Source of the DNA: Elusimicrobiota bacterium
GTDB lineage: Bacteria; Elusimicrobiota; Elusimicrobia; UBA1565; UBA9628
Direction: 5' to 3'
Length of the DNA stretch: 64,000 nucleotides
Assembly (NCBI GenBank): GCA_036676805.1
Contig: JAKFCD010000074.1
Location: 40,072 to 104,071, forward strand
Shown piece by piece: positions 26,546 to 36,696 of this stretch. Both the position numbers and the translations under genes were made by a program. The notes under the pieces are model-generated. The model was not told the DNA's origin. It saw only the letters and a program-made list of their open reading frames with translations, and made no database searches. Numbering within the stretch: position 1 is the stretch's first letter; each line of letters opens with the position of its first letter.

Positions 26546-26573
26546 TAGGACCCGGGAGCGGTCAGAATGTTCC
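26546..26573 (-). promoter_or_regulatory. tentative ECF-type autoregulatory promoter (GGAACA, 16-nt spacer, GTCcta) just upstream of the sigma gene
   Basis: The minus strand reads aaaGGAACAttctgaccgctcccggGTCCTAtcagccgATG. It would give a nearly leaderless transcript. Confidence 0.25.
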
Positions 26574-26574
26574 T

Positions 26575-27240
26575 TTAGAGGGCGTAGGTTTTGACGTCGG
26601 CCGCGACCGTGAACGGCGCTCCCGTCAGGGCCTTCACCGCGTCGACGGTCGTGTCGGGGGAAATCGCGGTCAGGACCAGGCCGCTCTTCGAGAGGTCGAA
26701 CGTCGCCAGCTCGGTCACGATCGTGTTGACCACGGCCTTGCCGGTCAGGGGCAAGGTGCATTTGGGCAGGATTTTCGGCTTGCCGTCCTTCGTCGCGTGC
26801 TCCATCGCGACGATGACGCGCTTGGCTCCCGCGACCATGTCCATGGCCCCGCCCATGCCCTTGACCTTCTTTCCCGGGATCATCCAGTTGGCGAGGTCTC
26901 CCTCGGCGGAGACCTCCATGGCGCCCAGCACGGTCGCGTCGAGATGTCCGCCGCGGACCATCGCGAAGGAGTCGTGCGAGCCGAAGTAGGAGCAGCCGGG
27001 CAGCTCGGTGACGGTCTCCTTGCCGGCGTTGATCAGGTCGGGGTCCTGCTCGCCCTCGTGCGGGTAGGGGCCGTAGCCGAGCATGCCGTTCTCGGTGTGC
27101 AAAGTGACCTCCACTCCGGGCTTGAGGAAGCCGGGGATGAGCGTGGGAATCCCGATTCCCAGGTTGACGTAGGAGCCGTCCTCGAGCAAAGAGGCGGCCT
27201 GGCGGGCGATGACGACGCGGGAGTCCTTGGGCTCAGACAT
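26575..27240 (-). CDS. scoB: 3-oxoacid CoA-transferase subunit B
   Basis: 221 aa. GIGIPTL...ENGMLG...[19 protein letters not shown] is the conserved ScoB/AtoA signature. Confidence 0.9.
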   Translation of the reverse strand: MSEPKDSRVVIARQAASLLEDGSYVNLGIGIPTLIPGFLKPGVEVTLHTENGMLGYGPYPHEGEQDPDLINAGKETVTELPGCSYFGSHDSFAMVRGGHLDATVLGAMEVSAEGDLANWMIPGKKVKGMGGAMDMVAGAKRVIVAMEHATKDGKPKILPKCTLPLTGKAVVNTIVTELATFDLSKSGLVLTAISPDTTVDAVKALTGAPFTVAADVKTYAL

Positions 27241-27940
27241 GGGCGGCGGCCTTCCTTACGGTGAGTTTCTCGATCGGCTTCTTGTACGCCGGGCCCCGGA
27301 GAACCGCGTCGACGTAGATGCCCGGGGTGTGAATGTGCTCGGGGTGAAGGCCGCCGACGTCGGTGAGGTGCTCGACCTCGGCGACGACGTAGTCCGCGGC
27401 GGTGGCCATGACCTGGTTGAAGTTGCGCGCGGTCTTGCGGTACTCGAGGTTGCCCAGAACGTCGCCCTTGTAGGCCTTGATGAAGGCGAAATCGCCCTTG
27501 AGCGGCTTCTCGAAGACCATCCAGCGCCCGCCGATCTCGCGGGTCTCCTTGCCCTCGGCGACGGGCGTGCCGTAGCCGGTCGGCGTGAAGAAGCCGCCGA
27601 TGCCGGCGCCGCCGGCGCGCAGGCGCTCGGCCAAGGTCCCCTGGGGGTTCCACTCGACCTCGATCTGCTTGGTGAGCGTCATCTCCTCGAAGGCCTTGCA
27701 CTCGCCGCCATAGGACATGATCATCTTGCGCACGCGCCCGGCGCGCAGCAAGGTCCCGATGCCGAAATCGTCGAGGCCGGCGTTGTTGGAGACGAGCGTC
27801 AGGTTCTTGGCGCCGCCGTCGAGCAAGGCGGGGATCAGGTTCTCCGGGAGGCCGCAGACGCCGAAGCCTCCGAGCAGGATCGTCGCGCCGTCCTTGACGC
27901 GCGAAACCGCCTCAGCGGCGGCGGCGATGGTCTTGTTCAT
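27233..27940 (-). CDS. scoA: 3-oxoacid CoA-transferase subunit A
   Basis: 235 aa. [16 protein letters not shown]...SNNAG...MSYGGE is the conserved ScoA/AtoD signature. Confidence 0.9.
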   Translation of the reverse strand: MNKTIAAAAEAVSRVKDGATILLGGFGVCGLPENLIPALLDGGAKNLTLVSNNAGLDDFGIGTLLRAGRVRKMIMSYGGECKAFEEMTLTKQIEVEWNPQGTLAERLRAGGAGIGGFFTPTGYGTPVAEGKETREIGGRWMVFEKPLKGDFAFIKAYKGDVLGNLEYRKTARNFNQVMATAADYVVAEVEHLTDVGGLHPEHIHTPGIYVDAVLRGPAYKKPIEKLTVRKAAAHV

Positions 27941-28199
27941 CGGAAGGTCCTCCGTGAAGGCGGATGTCGTAGACGGAAAAAAGCCGGCGGCAGGCCTCGT
28001 AGCCGGAGTATACCAAGATGGCGAAGGTGAGGTAGGGCATGGCGTCGACGCCGTAGGAGGCGGGCATGCCCAGCCAGTGCAGCGCCCCGAGGACGAGCCC
28101 GAGCGCGATCGTCGCGAGAACCATCACCGCCGCCTGGCGCCAGGTGAAAGACCACCAGAGGCGCCAGGCGGACGGCCGGGCGAGCGGCGTGCCGCTCAC
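27912..28199 (-). CDS. small two-TM membrane protein (hypothetical)
   Basis: 95 aa with strong GC3 bias and two hydrophobic segments. It fills the otherwise empty metK-scoA gap. Its 3' end overlaps the scoA start by 29 nt in a different frame. Confidence 0.4.
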   Translation of the reverse strand: MSGTPLARPSAWRLWWSFTWRQAAVMVLATIALGLVLGALHWLGMPASYGVDAMPYLTFAILVYSGYEACRRLFSVYDIRLHGGPSDEQDHRRRR

Positions 28200-28208
28200 G
28201 AATGATCC

Positions 28209-29420
<1,212 letters not shown>

Positions 29421-29505
29421 AAGCTTCGAGCCTCCGGGCCGTGCTTTGGGCGGCTTCGCCGCCGACGGCCGTCCCGCGGATTATACAAATTTTACGACGA
29501 GAGAA

Positions 29506-30573
29506 TCAGCGCGCCTCGTCGATGGCGGCGCCGGCGGCGGTCAGCGCTTCGCGGGTCGGGGCGATCGCCCAGACGGCGGGCTTGTCCCGGTCGGTGACGG
29601 CGAACAGCAGGCGTCCGTTCGCGGGGTCCTCTCCGAGAAGCTTCCCTTCGTGGGACGTCCAAGGGGCGCTCCAGCGCCGCCCCCCTTTCTCCAGGACGAG
29701 CAAAACCCGCGGGGCGAGGAAGTCCTTGCCGGTGTCGTTGCGCCGGGAGGGGTCCTTGGCTACGGCGTAGAGGCTGCGGCTCGTCTCGACGGCGGTCTCG
29801 ATCTCGCCGTCGGCCTCGAGCAAGGGGACGCGGCGTCCGATCTGGGGATCCCCCGCCTCGAGGACGAAGGTCCCGGTCTCCGACATCCAGCGCGCCGACA
29901 GCGCGGTCCCGTCCGGGCGAAGCGCCAGCGGCGCGCCGGTCAGCGCCACGCGCCACTCGGCGGTCCGGCGGCCGTCGCGCAGGTCGTAGACCGCCATGCG
30001 CGGCCGCTCGGTCTGCTTCTCCGCGACGAGGAGATAGGGCTCCTCGAGCAGAAGCCCCCGCCACGCCGCCGGACCGTCGAGCAGGCCGCCGGCGCCGGTC
30101 CTCCCGAAGGCCTTCCAGAGGAGGCCCTTTTCGCCGTTCCAGACGGCGATCGGGTCGGGCGACCAGGCGGGGTGCCCGAGCGTCACGACGCCGCGGACCG
30201 GATGCTCCGACAGGATTTTTCCGGCGTCCGCGTCCACGACGAGGAGGACGCGTTCCGAGGGCTCGCTGCGAGAGGCGGCGCCGACCTTGCCCGCCTCGAG
30301 CAGGACGCGCCGGCCGTCGCGCGACAGGGCGAGATGCTCCCCGAGGACGAAGCCTTTGAGGCGCCTGCGCAGCCGCGCGCCCGAGGCGAGGCCGGAGACG
30401 ACGAGGTAGGTCCGGTCGGGAAAGCGCCCGTCGACGAAGGCCAGGCGCCGCGACGAGGGGCTCCAGGAGAACCCCTGCGCGCCGGTGGCGCTCTCGAGCC
30501 GCTCGACGCCGGGCGGCAGGCCGTCCGAGCAGGCGGCCAAGGCCAGCAGCGCGAGCAAAGTCGCGCGCCTCAT
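29506..30573 (-). CDS. lipoprotein with a predicted beta-propeller (TolB/WD40-like) fold
   Basis: 355 aa. It has a lipobox LLALAAC and repeated blade-like segments. I recognise no catalytic motif. Confidence 0.6.
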   Translation of the reverse strand: MRRATLLALLALAACSDGLPPGVERLESATGAQGFSWSPSSRRLAFVDGRFPDRTYLVVSGLASGARLRRRLKGFVLGEHLALSRDGRRVLLEAGKVGAASRSEPSERVLLVVDADAGKILSEHPVRGVVTLGHPAWSPDPIAVWNGEKGLLWKAFGRTGAGGLLDGPAAWRGLLLEEPYLLVAEKQTERPRMAVYDLRDGRRTAEWRVALTGAPLALRPDGTALSARWMSETGTFVLEAGDPQIGRRVPLLEADGEIETAVETSRSLYAVAKDPSRRNDTGKDFLAPRVLLVLEKGGRRWSAPWTSHEGKLLGEDPANGRLLFAVTDRDKPAVWAIAPTREALTAAGAAIDEAR

Positions 30574-30577
30574 GGTT

Positions 30578-31621
30578 CTAGGACCGGATATTGAGGACTG
30601 CCGCCTCGAAGACGGAGATGTTCTCCCGGACGTGGCCGTCGGGGCCGATGATGCAGTTGGTCAGGCGCACGCCCTCTCCGACGGTGACGTTCTCGAAGAG
30701 GATGCATTTTTCCAGGCGCGCGTCCTTGCCGATCCGCGCGCGGTCGCCGATGACGGTATGGGGGCCGACCACGGCGCCCGCGGCCACGCGCGAGCCCTTG
30801 CCGATGAGCACGGGCGCCTCGAGCCGGGCCTTGGGGTCGATCATCGCGCCGGCCTCCACCCAGACGCCCTTGCGGATCTCGGCGCCGGGAATGTTGATCT
30901 GGGACTTGCGGTCGAGGCAGTCGATCTGCGCGCGGCGGTACTCGGCGAGGTTGCCGACGTCGCACCAGTAGGCGTCGGTCTCGTAGGCGTAGATCGGCTT
31001 CTTCAGCTTGAGCAGCTTGGGCCAAAGCTCGTGGCCGAAATCGTAGGGCTTGCCCTTGGGCAGCAACTTGAGAATCTCGGGCTCGAAGAGATAGATGCCG
31101 GTGTTGACCTTGTTGGAGAATACGTCGCCCCAGGAGGGCTTCTCGAGGAAGCCCTTGATCTTCTGGCCGCCGTCGGTCAAGGTGACGCCGTACTCGAAGC
31201 GGCCGTCGACGCGCTTGGTCGCCATCGTCGCGACCGAGCCGCGCTTGCGGTGGAACTGCCACATCGCGGTGAGGTCGATGTCGGAGAGCCCGTCGCCCGA
31301 CATGACGAAGAACGGGCCGTCCTTGAAGAAGCTCTCGACCTTCTTGATCGAGCCCGCCGTGCCCATCAGCTTGGGCTCATGCGAGTAATGGATCTTCAGG
31401 CTCCAGCGCGAGCCGTCGCCGCAGTAGCCGCGCACCTGCTCGGGATGCATGTGCAGGTTGACCATGACCTCCTCGACGCCGTGCTTGAGCAGGTTGTCGA
31501 GGACGTGATGGATCACGGGCCGGTTGACGACGGGCACCATGGGCTTGGGCGTCTCGTAGGTCAGGGGGCGCAGGCGCGTTCCCGCGCCGGCCGCCAACAG
31601 CATCGCTTTTTTCGGGAACAT
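30578..31621 (-). CDS. NDP-sugar pyrophosphorylase (mannose-1-phosphate guanylyltransferase-like) with a C-terminal left-handed beta-helix
   Basis: 347 aa. MLLAAGAGTRLRPLTYETPKPMVPV is the nucleotidyltransferase G-loop. C-terminal hexapeptide repeats follow. Confidence 0.85.
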   Translation of the reverse strand: MFPKKAMLLAAGAGTRLRPLTYETPKPMVPVVNRPVIHHVLDNLLKHGVEEVMVNLHMHPEQVRGYCGDGSRWSLKIHYSHEPKLMGTAGSIKKVESFFKDGPFFVMSGDGLSDIDLTAMWQFHRKRGSVATMATKRVDGRFEYGVTLTDGGQKIKGFLEKPSWGDVFSNKVNTGIYLFEPEILKLLPKGKPYDFGHELWPKLLKLKKPIYAYETDAYWCDVGNLAEYRRAQIDCLDRKSQINIPGAEIRKGVWVEAGAMIDPKARLEAPVLIGKGSRVAAGAVVGPHTVIGDRARIGKDARLEKCILFENVTVGEGVRLTNCIIGPDGHVRENISVFEAAVLNIRS

Positions 31622-31631
31622 GATTCGACCT

Positions 31632-33053
31632 CTAGGCGTTCAGGTTGGGCGCGACCCACTTCTTGGCCATGTCGAGCAGGCCCTGGGTCCTCTCGGCCTT
31701 GTCGCTCTCGGCGTAGACGCGCATGAGGGGCTCGGTGCCCGAGGGGCGCATCAGCAGCCAATGCCCGTCCTCGAGGACGATCTTGAGGCCGTCGATGGAG
31801 ATGAGCTCCTTGATCGCGGTGCCGAGCAGCTTCTTGGGCAGTTTTTTTATCAACTTCTGCGTCCACAGCGCCTTGTCCGCGACGGCCTTGTGGATGCGGT
31901 AGTCGATGCGCTTGTAGTGGCTCGCGCCGAAGCGGGTCTCGACCTCCTTCCAGAGCTGAGAAGGCGTCTTGCCGGTGACGGCCATCATCTCGAGCATCAG
32001 CAGCGCGGTGAGCATGCCGTCGCGCTCGGCGATGCCGCCCTTGGTCGCCCAGGCGTAGCCGCCGGACTCCTCGCCGGCGATGTCGGCCTCCCCCGTGGCG
32101 ATGCGCTCGGCGACGTGCTTGAACCCGACGGGAAGCTGCTCGAAGGGGATGTTTTTCTCCTTCGCGATGCGCTCGGCGAGATAGCCGAGCGAAACGGACT
32201 GCACGATCTTCTTGGCGTACTTCTTCTTCTCGACGAGATAGAGGACGATCATCGGAAAGACCTGGCAGGGCGTCAGGTATCTGCCGTTCTCGTCGATGAG
32301 GCCGAACCGGTCGGCGTCCCCGTCGAGCGCCAGGCCCACGGCCGCCTTGTTCTTCTTCACCGCGTCCGTCAGGGCCGCGAGGTACTGCTCGATGGGCTCC
32401 GGGTGGACGCCGCCGAAGAGAGGGTCATGCTTGCCGCGGATCTCGACGAGGTTCTTGACGCCGAGGACGTCGGCCATGAGGCCGGAGCCGGCGCCGTGCA
32501 TGTAGTCGATGACGAGCGGCTTCTTGAGCTTCGCCTTGATCTTGGGAAGGTCGGCGCGCGACTTGAGATATTGAAGATAGACGTCGCGGAAGGACTTCGT
32601 CTTGATCTCGGCGGCGCGCGTCGGCGCGGTGCGGTCCACCCAGGCTTCGACGCCCTTCGTGACGGGATCGAGCGCGGCGCGGCCGTCGATCTTGATCTTG
32701 ACGCCGTTGTATGAAGGAGGATTATGGCTGGCCGTTACCATGACGCCGACCCCGCCGAGCTTCTTCGTCATGTAGCTCACGGCGGGGGTCGGCAGGGCCT
32801 CGGCCATGAGGACCGGGTGCATCTGATTGGCCTCGAGCACCTTGGCGATCTCGCGCGCGAAAGCGTCGGACTGGAAGCGCTTGTCGTAGCCGATCACCAT
32901 CGGGCCGGAGAGGGGGCCCTTCTTGTCCTTGATCTGCTCCTCCTTGACGTAGTCGGCGATCGCCTGGGCGACCCGCCGGCAGTTCTGGAAGGTGAAGTCC
33001 CTGGCGATCACGCCGCGCCAGCCGTCGGTGCCGAACTTTATGGGATCCGCCAT
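31632..33053 (-). CDS. phosphomannomutase/phosphoglucomutase
   Basis: 473 aa. It has GTDGWRG and the active-site TASHNPPSYNGVKI, plus the GDADR metal-binding loop. Confidence 0.9.
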   Translation of the reverse strand: MADPIKFGTDGWRGVIARDFTFQNCRRVAQAIADYVKEEQIKDKKGPLSGPMVIGYDKRFQSDAFAREIAKVLEANQMHPVLMAEALPTPAVSYMTKKLGGVGVMVTASHNPPSYNGVKIKIDGRAALDPVTKGVEAWVDRTAPTRAAEIKTKSFRDVYLQYLKSRADLPKIKAKLKKPLVIDYMHGAGSGLMADVLGVKNLVEIRGKHDPLFGGVHPEPIEQYLAALTDAVKKNKAAVGLALDGDADRFGLIDENGRYLTPCQVFPMIVLYLVEKKKYAKKIVQSVSLGYLAERIAKEKNIPFEQLPVGFKHVAERIATGEADIAGEESGGYAWATKGGIAERDGMLTALLMLEMMAVTGKTPSQLWKEVETRFGASHYKRIDYRIHKAVADKALWTQKLIKKLPKKLLGTAIKELISIDGLKIVLEDGHWLLMRPSGTEPLMRVYAESDKAERTQGLLDMAKKWVAPNLNA

Positions 33054-33054
33054 G

Positions 33055-33405
33055 TTATTTTCCTCTCCGTCCGTAATCGTCCTGCAGGCGCACGACGTCC
33101 GACAGTTCCGGCGTGGACACCTCGATGAGGGTCACGCGCCCTCGCGTCGCTTCAAAGCGGTGGATCGTCCTGGGCGGAACCTCGAAGGCGGTTCCGGGGC
33201 CGACGGTCCTGGTCTTTTTCCCGAGCGTGAGCTTCAGGCGGCCGCGCTGCACCAACAGGGTCTCGTGCTTGCGGCGGTGCAGCTGGAGGCTCAGGCGGTG
33301 GCCTTTCTCGATGACGAGGATCTTCCCCACGTATTTCCGGGTGCGGGCGAAGATCATCTCGTGGCCCCAGGGCTTGTGCACGCGCTCGATGAGCCCCAGT
33401 CTCAT
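33055..33405 (-). CDS. cupin domain protein (mannose-6-phosphate isomerase type II C-terminal-domain-like)
   Basis: The start MRLGLIERVHKPWGHEMIFART overlaps the upstream stop (ATGA). Cupin motifs SLQLHRRKHETLLV and GPGTAFEVPPRTIHRF are present. The 50-aa Arg-rich extension in the table is rejected. Confidence 0.75.
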   Translation of the reverse strand: MRLGLIERVHKPWGHEMIFARTRKYVGKILVIEKGHRLSLQLHRRKHETLLVQRGRLKLTLGKKTRTVGPGTAFEVPPRTIHRFEATRGRVTLIEVSTPELSDVVRLQDDYGRRGK

Positions 33406-34422
33406 AGCTGGCTGTAGTCCCCGACCGAGGAGCCGCCGGCGAGCGCGGCGCCGGGGCCGAGCACCGCGTGGGTGCCCACGCGCGCCTTCGGCCCGATGAC
33501 GCAGCGCTCGAGGCGCGCGCCGTCTCCGATCACGGCTCCGTCGAGGACGACGCAATCCGTGAGCTGGGCGCCCCGGCCGATGACGACCTTCGAGCCGAGG
33601 CTCACCGAGCCGGCGAAGCGCGCGAAGGGGGCTATCTTCGTTCCGGCTCCGGCGGTCACGCGCGCGCCGTCGGCGCTCTTAATAGCCCGCGCGCGGGGCC
33701 CGGACTTAAACGGAGTCCGGCCCTGCAGCAGGTCCAGGTGCACCTGCAGGTACGCCTTGACCGAGCCGATGTCGATCCAGTAGCCGGGCGCCACGTAGCC
33801 GGCGATGCGCGCTCCGGCCGCCAGGCGTTCGGGGAAAAGGCCGCGCTCGAGGGAATAAGGCTTGCCCTGCGGGAGGTGCTCGAGCACGGACGGCTCGAAA
33901 AGATAGGCGCCGGCGTTCACCGAATTGGTCACGACCTCGTCCCAGGAGGGCTTCTCGAGGAAGCGCCGGACCATCCCCTTATCGTCGGTGAGCACGAGGC
34001 CGTACCGCGTCGGATCCTTCACCCGGGTGAGCGCGATCGAGATCTCCGCGCGCCGGGCGCGGTGGAAGCGAAGGAACGCCCCCAGGTCGAAGGCGTTGAG
34101 CACGTCGCCGTTGAGAACCAAGGTCGTTCCTTTGAGCAGGGGCTCCGCGTTCTTGATCGCGCCGCCCGTGCCGAGAGGGAGGCGCTCGCGCACGTAGGAG
34201 ATCTTGAGGCCCAGGCGCCGTCCGTCGCCGAAGGCCCGGCGGAAGGTCTCGGCGCGGTAGGAGGTGCAGAGCACCACCTCCCGGACCCCGTGGCGGCTCA
34301 GGATCTGGAACTGGTATTCAAGGAAGGGGCGATTCATGACGGGCAGCAGCGGCTTGGGCGTCTCCAAAGTGAAGGGACGCAGCCGGGTGCCCATGCCTCC
34401 GATGAGGATGACCGCTATCACG
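33402..34422 (-). CDS. second NDP-sugar pyrophosphorylase (nucleotidyltransferase plus LbH domains)
   Basis: The GTG start gives MIAVILIGGMGTRLRPFTLETPKPLLPV. It has a C-terminal hexapeptide-repeat domain. The 904-aa table ORF (33402..36116) is an artifact that extends into the antisense of the 34542..36692 gene. Confidence 0.8.
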
Positions 34423-34541
34423 CTCCGCTTCGCTTCGCGTGATATTCTTTCATAGATTCTTTCATAAGGCGGGATTCTACAAAAATAGATCAACCCGGTG
34501 TCAGGCTTACGCAAAATTGCGTATGATGACCACGCTCTCAT

Positions 34542-36692
34542 ATGGCTTCGAACCTCTACATCCCGCCGTCTCAGACGGCCAACCGCAAGATTCTCGTTTT
34601 CAGCGTCCTGGGCCTGGTTTTCTTCCTGGCGGCCGAAGCGCTTCTCCTGCGGTCCTTCATCCGCGCCGACACCCGCCCCCCGGCCTGGGACCAGGCGATC
34701 CACCTGGAGATCGCCCTCGATTACCGCGAGGCCCTCAAGGAAGGGCGTCTCGCCGACGCCTGGTTCCTGGCGCCGAAGCCGGGGATGCCGCCCTTTCCGC
34801 CCGCCTACCATCTTCTCCTCATGCGCGCCTACGACTCGGCGAACCCGGCCAACGCCGCCCTCTGGGTCAACTGGTTCTACCTGGCGCTGCTTTCGGTTTC
34901 GATTTTCGGGATCGCCTGGCGCTTCCGCCCGGACGAGACCGCGCTGGCCGCCGTCGTCCTCTTCGTCGCTTCGCCCGCGATCCAGGACCTGCTGACGACC
35001 CAGCTCGTGGACCTGCCGATGGTGGCGCTGGCCGCCGCCGCCTATTGGGCCCTGCTCGCCTCGGACGAATTCACGCGCTGGATCCCGGCCCTGCTCTTCG
35101 GCGTCCTGCACGCCGCGGGCATGCTCCACAAGTGGTCGTTCTTCAGCTACATGCTCCCCGCCTATTTCATCGCGCTGCGGTCCCTGCGCGACAGGCGCAC
35201 CGCGCTCGTCATGCTCTCGGCCGCCGCGCTGTCGGCGGCCCTCATCGTGCCGTGGTATTCCGCCCATCTGGCACTTCTGCCGTCCCGCCTCGTGCAGGCC
35301 TCCGCCGACTTCGCGGTCCCGGTGTGGACCCCGGGCGCCTGGCTCGTCTACGCGAGCCAGGCTTCGAATCAGATCGGGCCGCTCGTCTGGCTGCTCGGCA
35401 CGATCGGCCTGCTCGCCCCGCAGTACCGCCGCAGCCGCGAGCAAGGCTGGATCCTGCTCGCCTGGTTCGCGGCCAGCTACGTCTTCTGGACGATCGTGCC
35501 CAACCGCCAGCTGCGCTTCCTCCTGCCCGGCCTCGTTCCCATCGGCATCGCCTTCTGCGCGACCTGGCCCAAGGCGGTGACGTGGGGCGCGGTGGCCCTG
35601 CAGCTGTTCGGGCTGTTCAACTTCTACGGCGGCTGGATCGGACCGGTCAGGCTGAGCCTGCCCTTTTATAACCCCGAATTTTTCGCCAACCGGCCGGCGG
35701 CGAGGGAGGACTGGAAGACCGAGGAGATCCTCCGCCGGATCGACGCCGAGCGCGATCCGTCCTTGCCCATCAGCAACGTGACCCTCGTCGCCAACGACGC
35801 CCATTTCAACGCGCCGACCTTCCACTGGATGCAGCGCCGCCTGGGCCTCGAGCGGGTGCGCATGCGCGGCGTCAACCGGCGGCTGTCCGAGCTCTCCGAG
35901 TTCGTGCTCCTCAAGGATCCGAAGGTCGGGCCCGCGGGAGTGATCTCCGGCCTGCCGGAGGCGTCGGCGGAGATCCGGGACCCGAGGACCTGGTTCGGCA
36001 AGGCCTACGAGGAGATCGCGCGCTGGCCGCTGCCCGACTCGAACAACGCGATCCTCTACCGCCAGCGCCGCGCTCCGAAGAAGCCCTACGAAGGGAAGTT
36101 CCTCGTCTATCAGCACTACACCGCGGGCAAGGTCGTGATCAACGACCTCAAGGCGGTCTTCGGCCCCTGGGACGACGGGAAGTCGGTGTACAAGACCATG
36201 AGCCTCACCGTCGGCCGGCTCAACGTCCGCGGGCTGATCCTCGACGGAACGGACATCGATCTGGTCAACGTCCGGTTCATCCCGATCATGAAGAAGGATC
36301 GCGAGGACGACTGGGTGGACATCCGGCTCCTGCGCCTGGAGCGCCTGCGGGTCAAATCGCTCGACGTGGGCGCCGACGAGCTTAAGGCGTTCCTTTCCGA
36401 GCGCGTGAAGGGCCTCAAGGTCGACGAGCTGACGCTCGACAAGACCGTCCGGATCGCCGGTTCCTTCAACGGGAAGCCGGTCTCGGCCGAGGCCGGCCTG
36501 CGCCTTCTCGACGCCCCGCGCCGGCTGAAGATCGACATCATGTCCGTGCGCCTCGCGGGCATCAACGTGCCGCTCTCGGTGTTCCGGGAGATCAAGGAGC
36601 TCACCATCCCGCTCTACCCGAATCCCGAGACGCCCTTCGCCATCGAGCTGCCCGGCCTCACGATCGCCGGCGGCCGCCTGACGATCCCTTAG
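34542..36692 (+). CDS. GT39/ArnT-like (GT-C fold) integral membrane glycosyltransferase with a large C-terminal extracytoplasmic domain
   Basis: 716 aa with about 11 TM helices in the first 360 aa. The first periplasmic loop reads PPAWDQAIHLEIAL. An AT-rich upstream intergenic region separates it from the divergent pyrophosphorylase gene. Confidence 0.75.
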   Translation: MASNLYIPPSQTANRKILVFSVLGLVFFLAAEALLLRSFIRADTRPPAWDQAIHLEIALDYREALKEGRLADAWFLAPKPGMPPFPPAYHLLLMRAYDSANPANAALWVNWFYLALLSVSIFGIAWRFRPDETALAAVVLFVASPAIQDLLTTQLVDLPMVALAAAAYWALLASDEFTRWIPALLFGVLHAAGMLHKWSFFSYMLPAYFIALRSLRDRRTALVMLSAAALSAALIVPWYSAHLALLPSRLVQASADFAVPVWTPGAWLVYASQASNQIGPLVWLLGTIGLLAPQYRRSREQGWILLAWFAASYVFWTIVPNRQLRFLLPGLVPIGIAFCATWPKAVTWGAVALQLFGLFNFYGGWIGPVRLSLPFYNPEFFANRPAAREDWKTEEILRRIDAERDPSLPISNVTLVANDAHFNAPTFHWMQRRLGLERVRMRGVNRRLSELSEFVLLKDPKVGPAGVISGLPEASAEIRDPRTWFGKAYEEIARWPLPDSNNAILYRQRRAPKKPYEGKFLVYQHYTAGKVVINDLKAVFGPWDDGKSVYKTMSLTVGRLNVRGLILDGTDIDLVNVRFIPIMKKDREDDWVDIRLLRLERLRVKSLDVGADELKAFLSERVKGLKVDELTLDKTVRIAGSFNGKPVSAEAGLRLLDAPRRLKIDIMSVRLAGINVPLSVFREIKELTIPLYPNPETPFAIELPGLTIAGGRLTIP

Positions 36693-36696
36693 CGCG

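Noticed and set aside
29421-29505. Possible SAM riboswitch in the metK leader
   Set aside because: The leader is only about 60 nt after a TATAAT box and lacks the conserved SAM-I or SAM-II elements. No riboswitch is called.
33402-36116. 904-aa minus-strand ORF
   Set aside because: Only the last ~340 codons (33402..34422) encode the pyrophosphorylase, with the GTG start giving MIAVILIGGMGTRLRP. Upstream of the AT-rich gap the ORF is the antisense shadow of the 716-aa GT-C gene (34542..36692).
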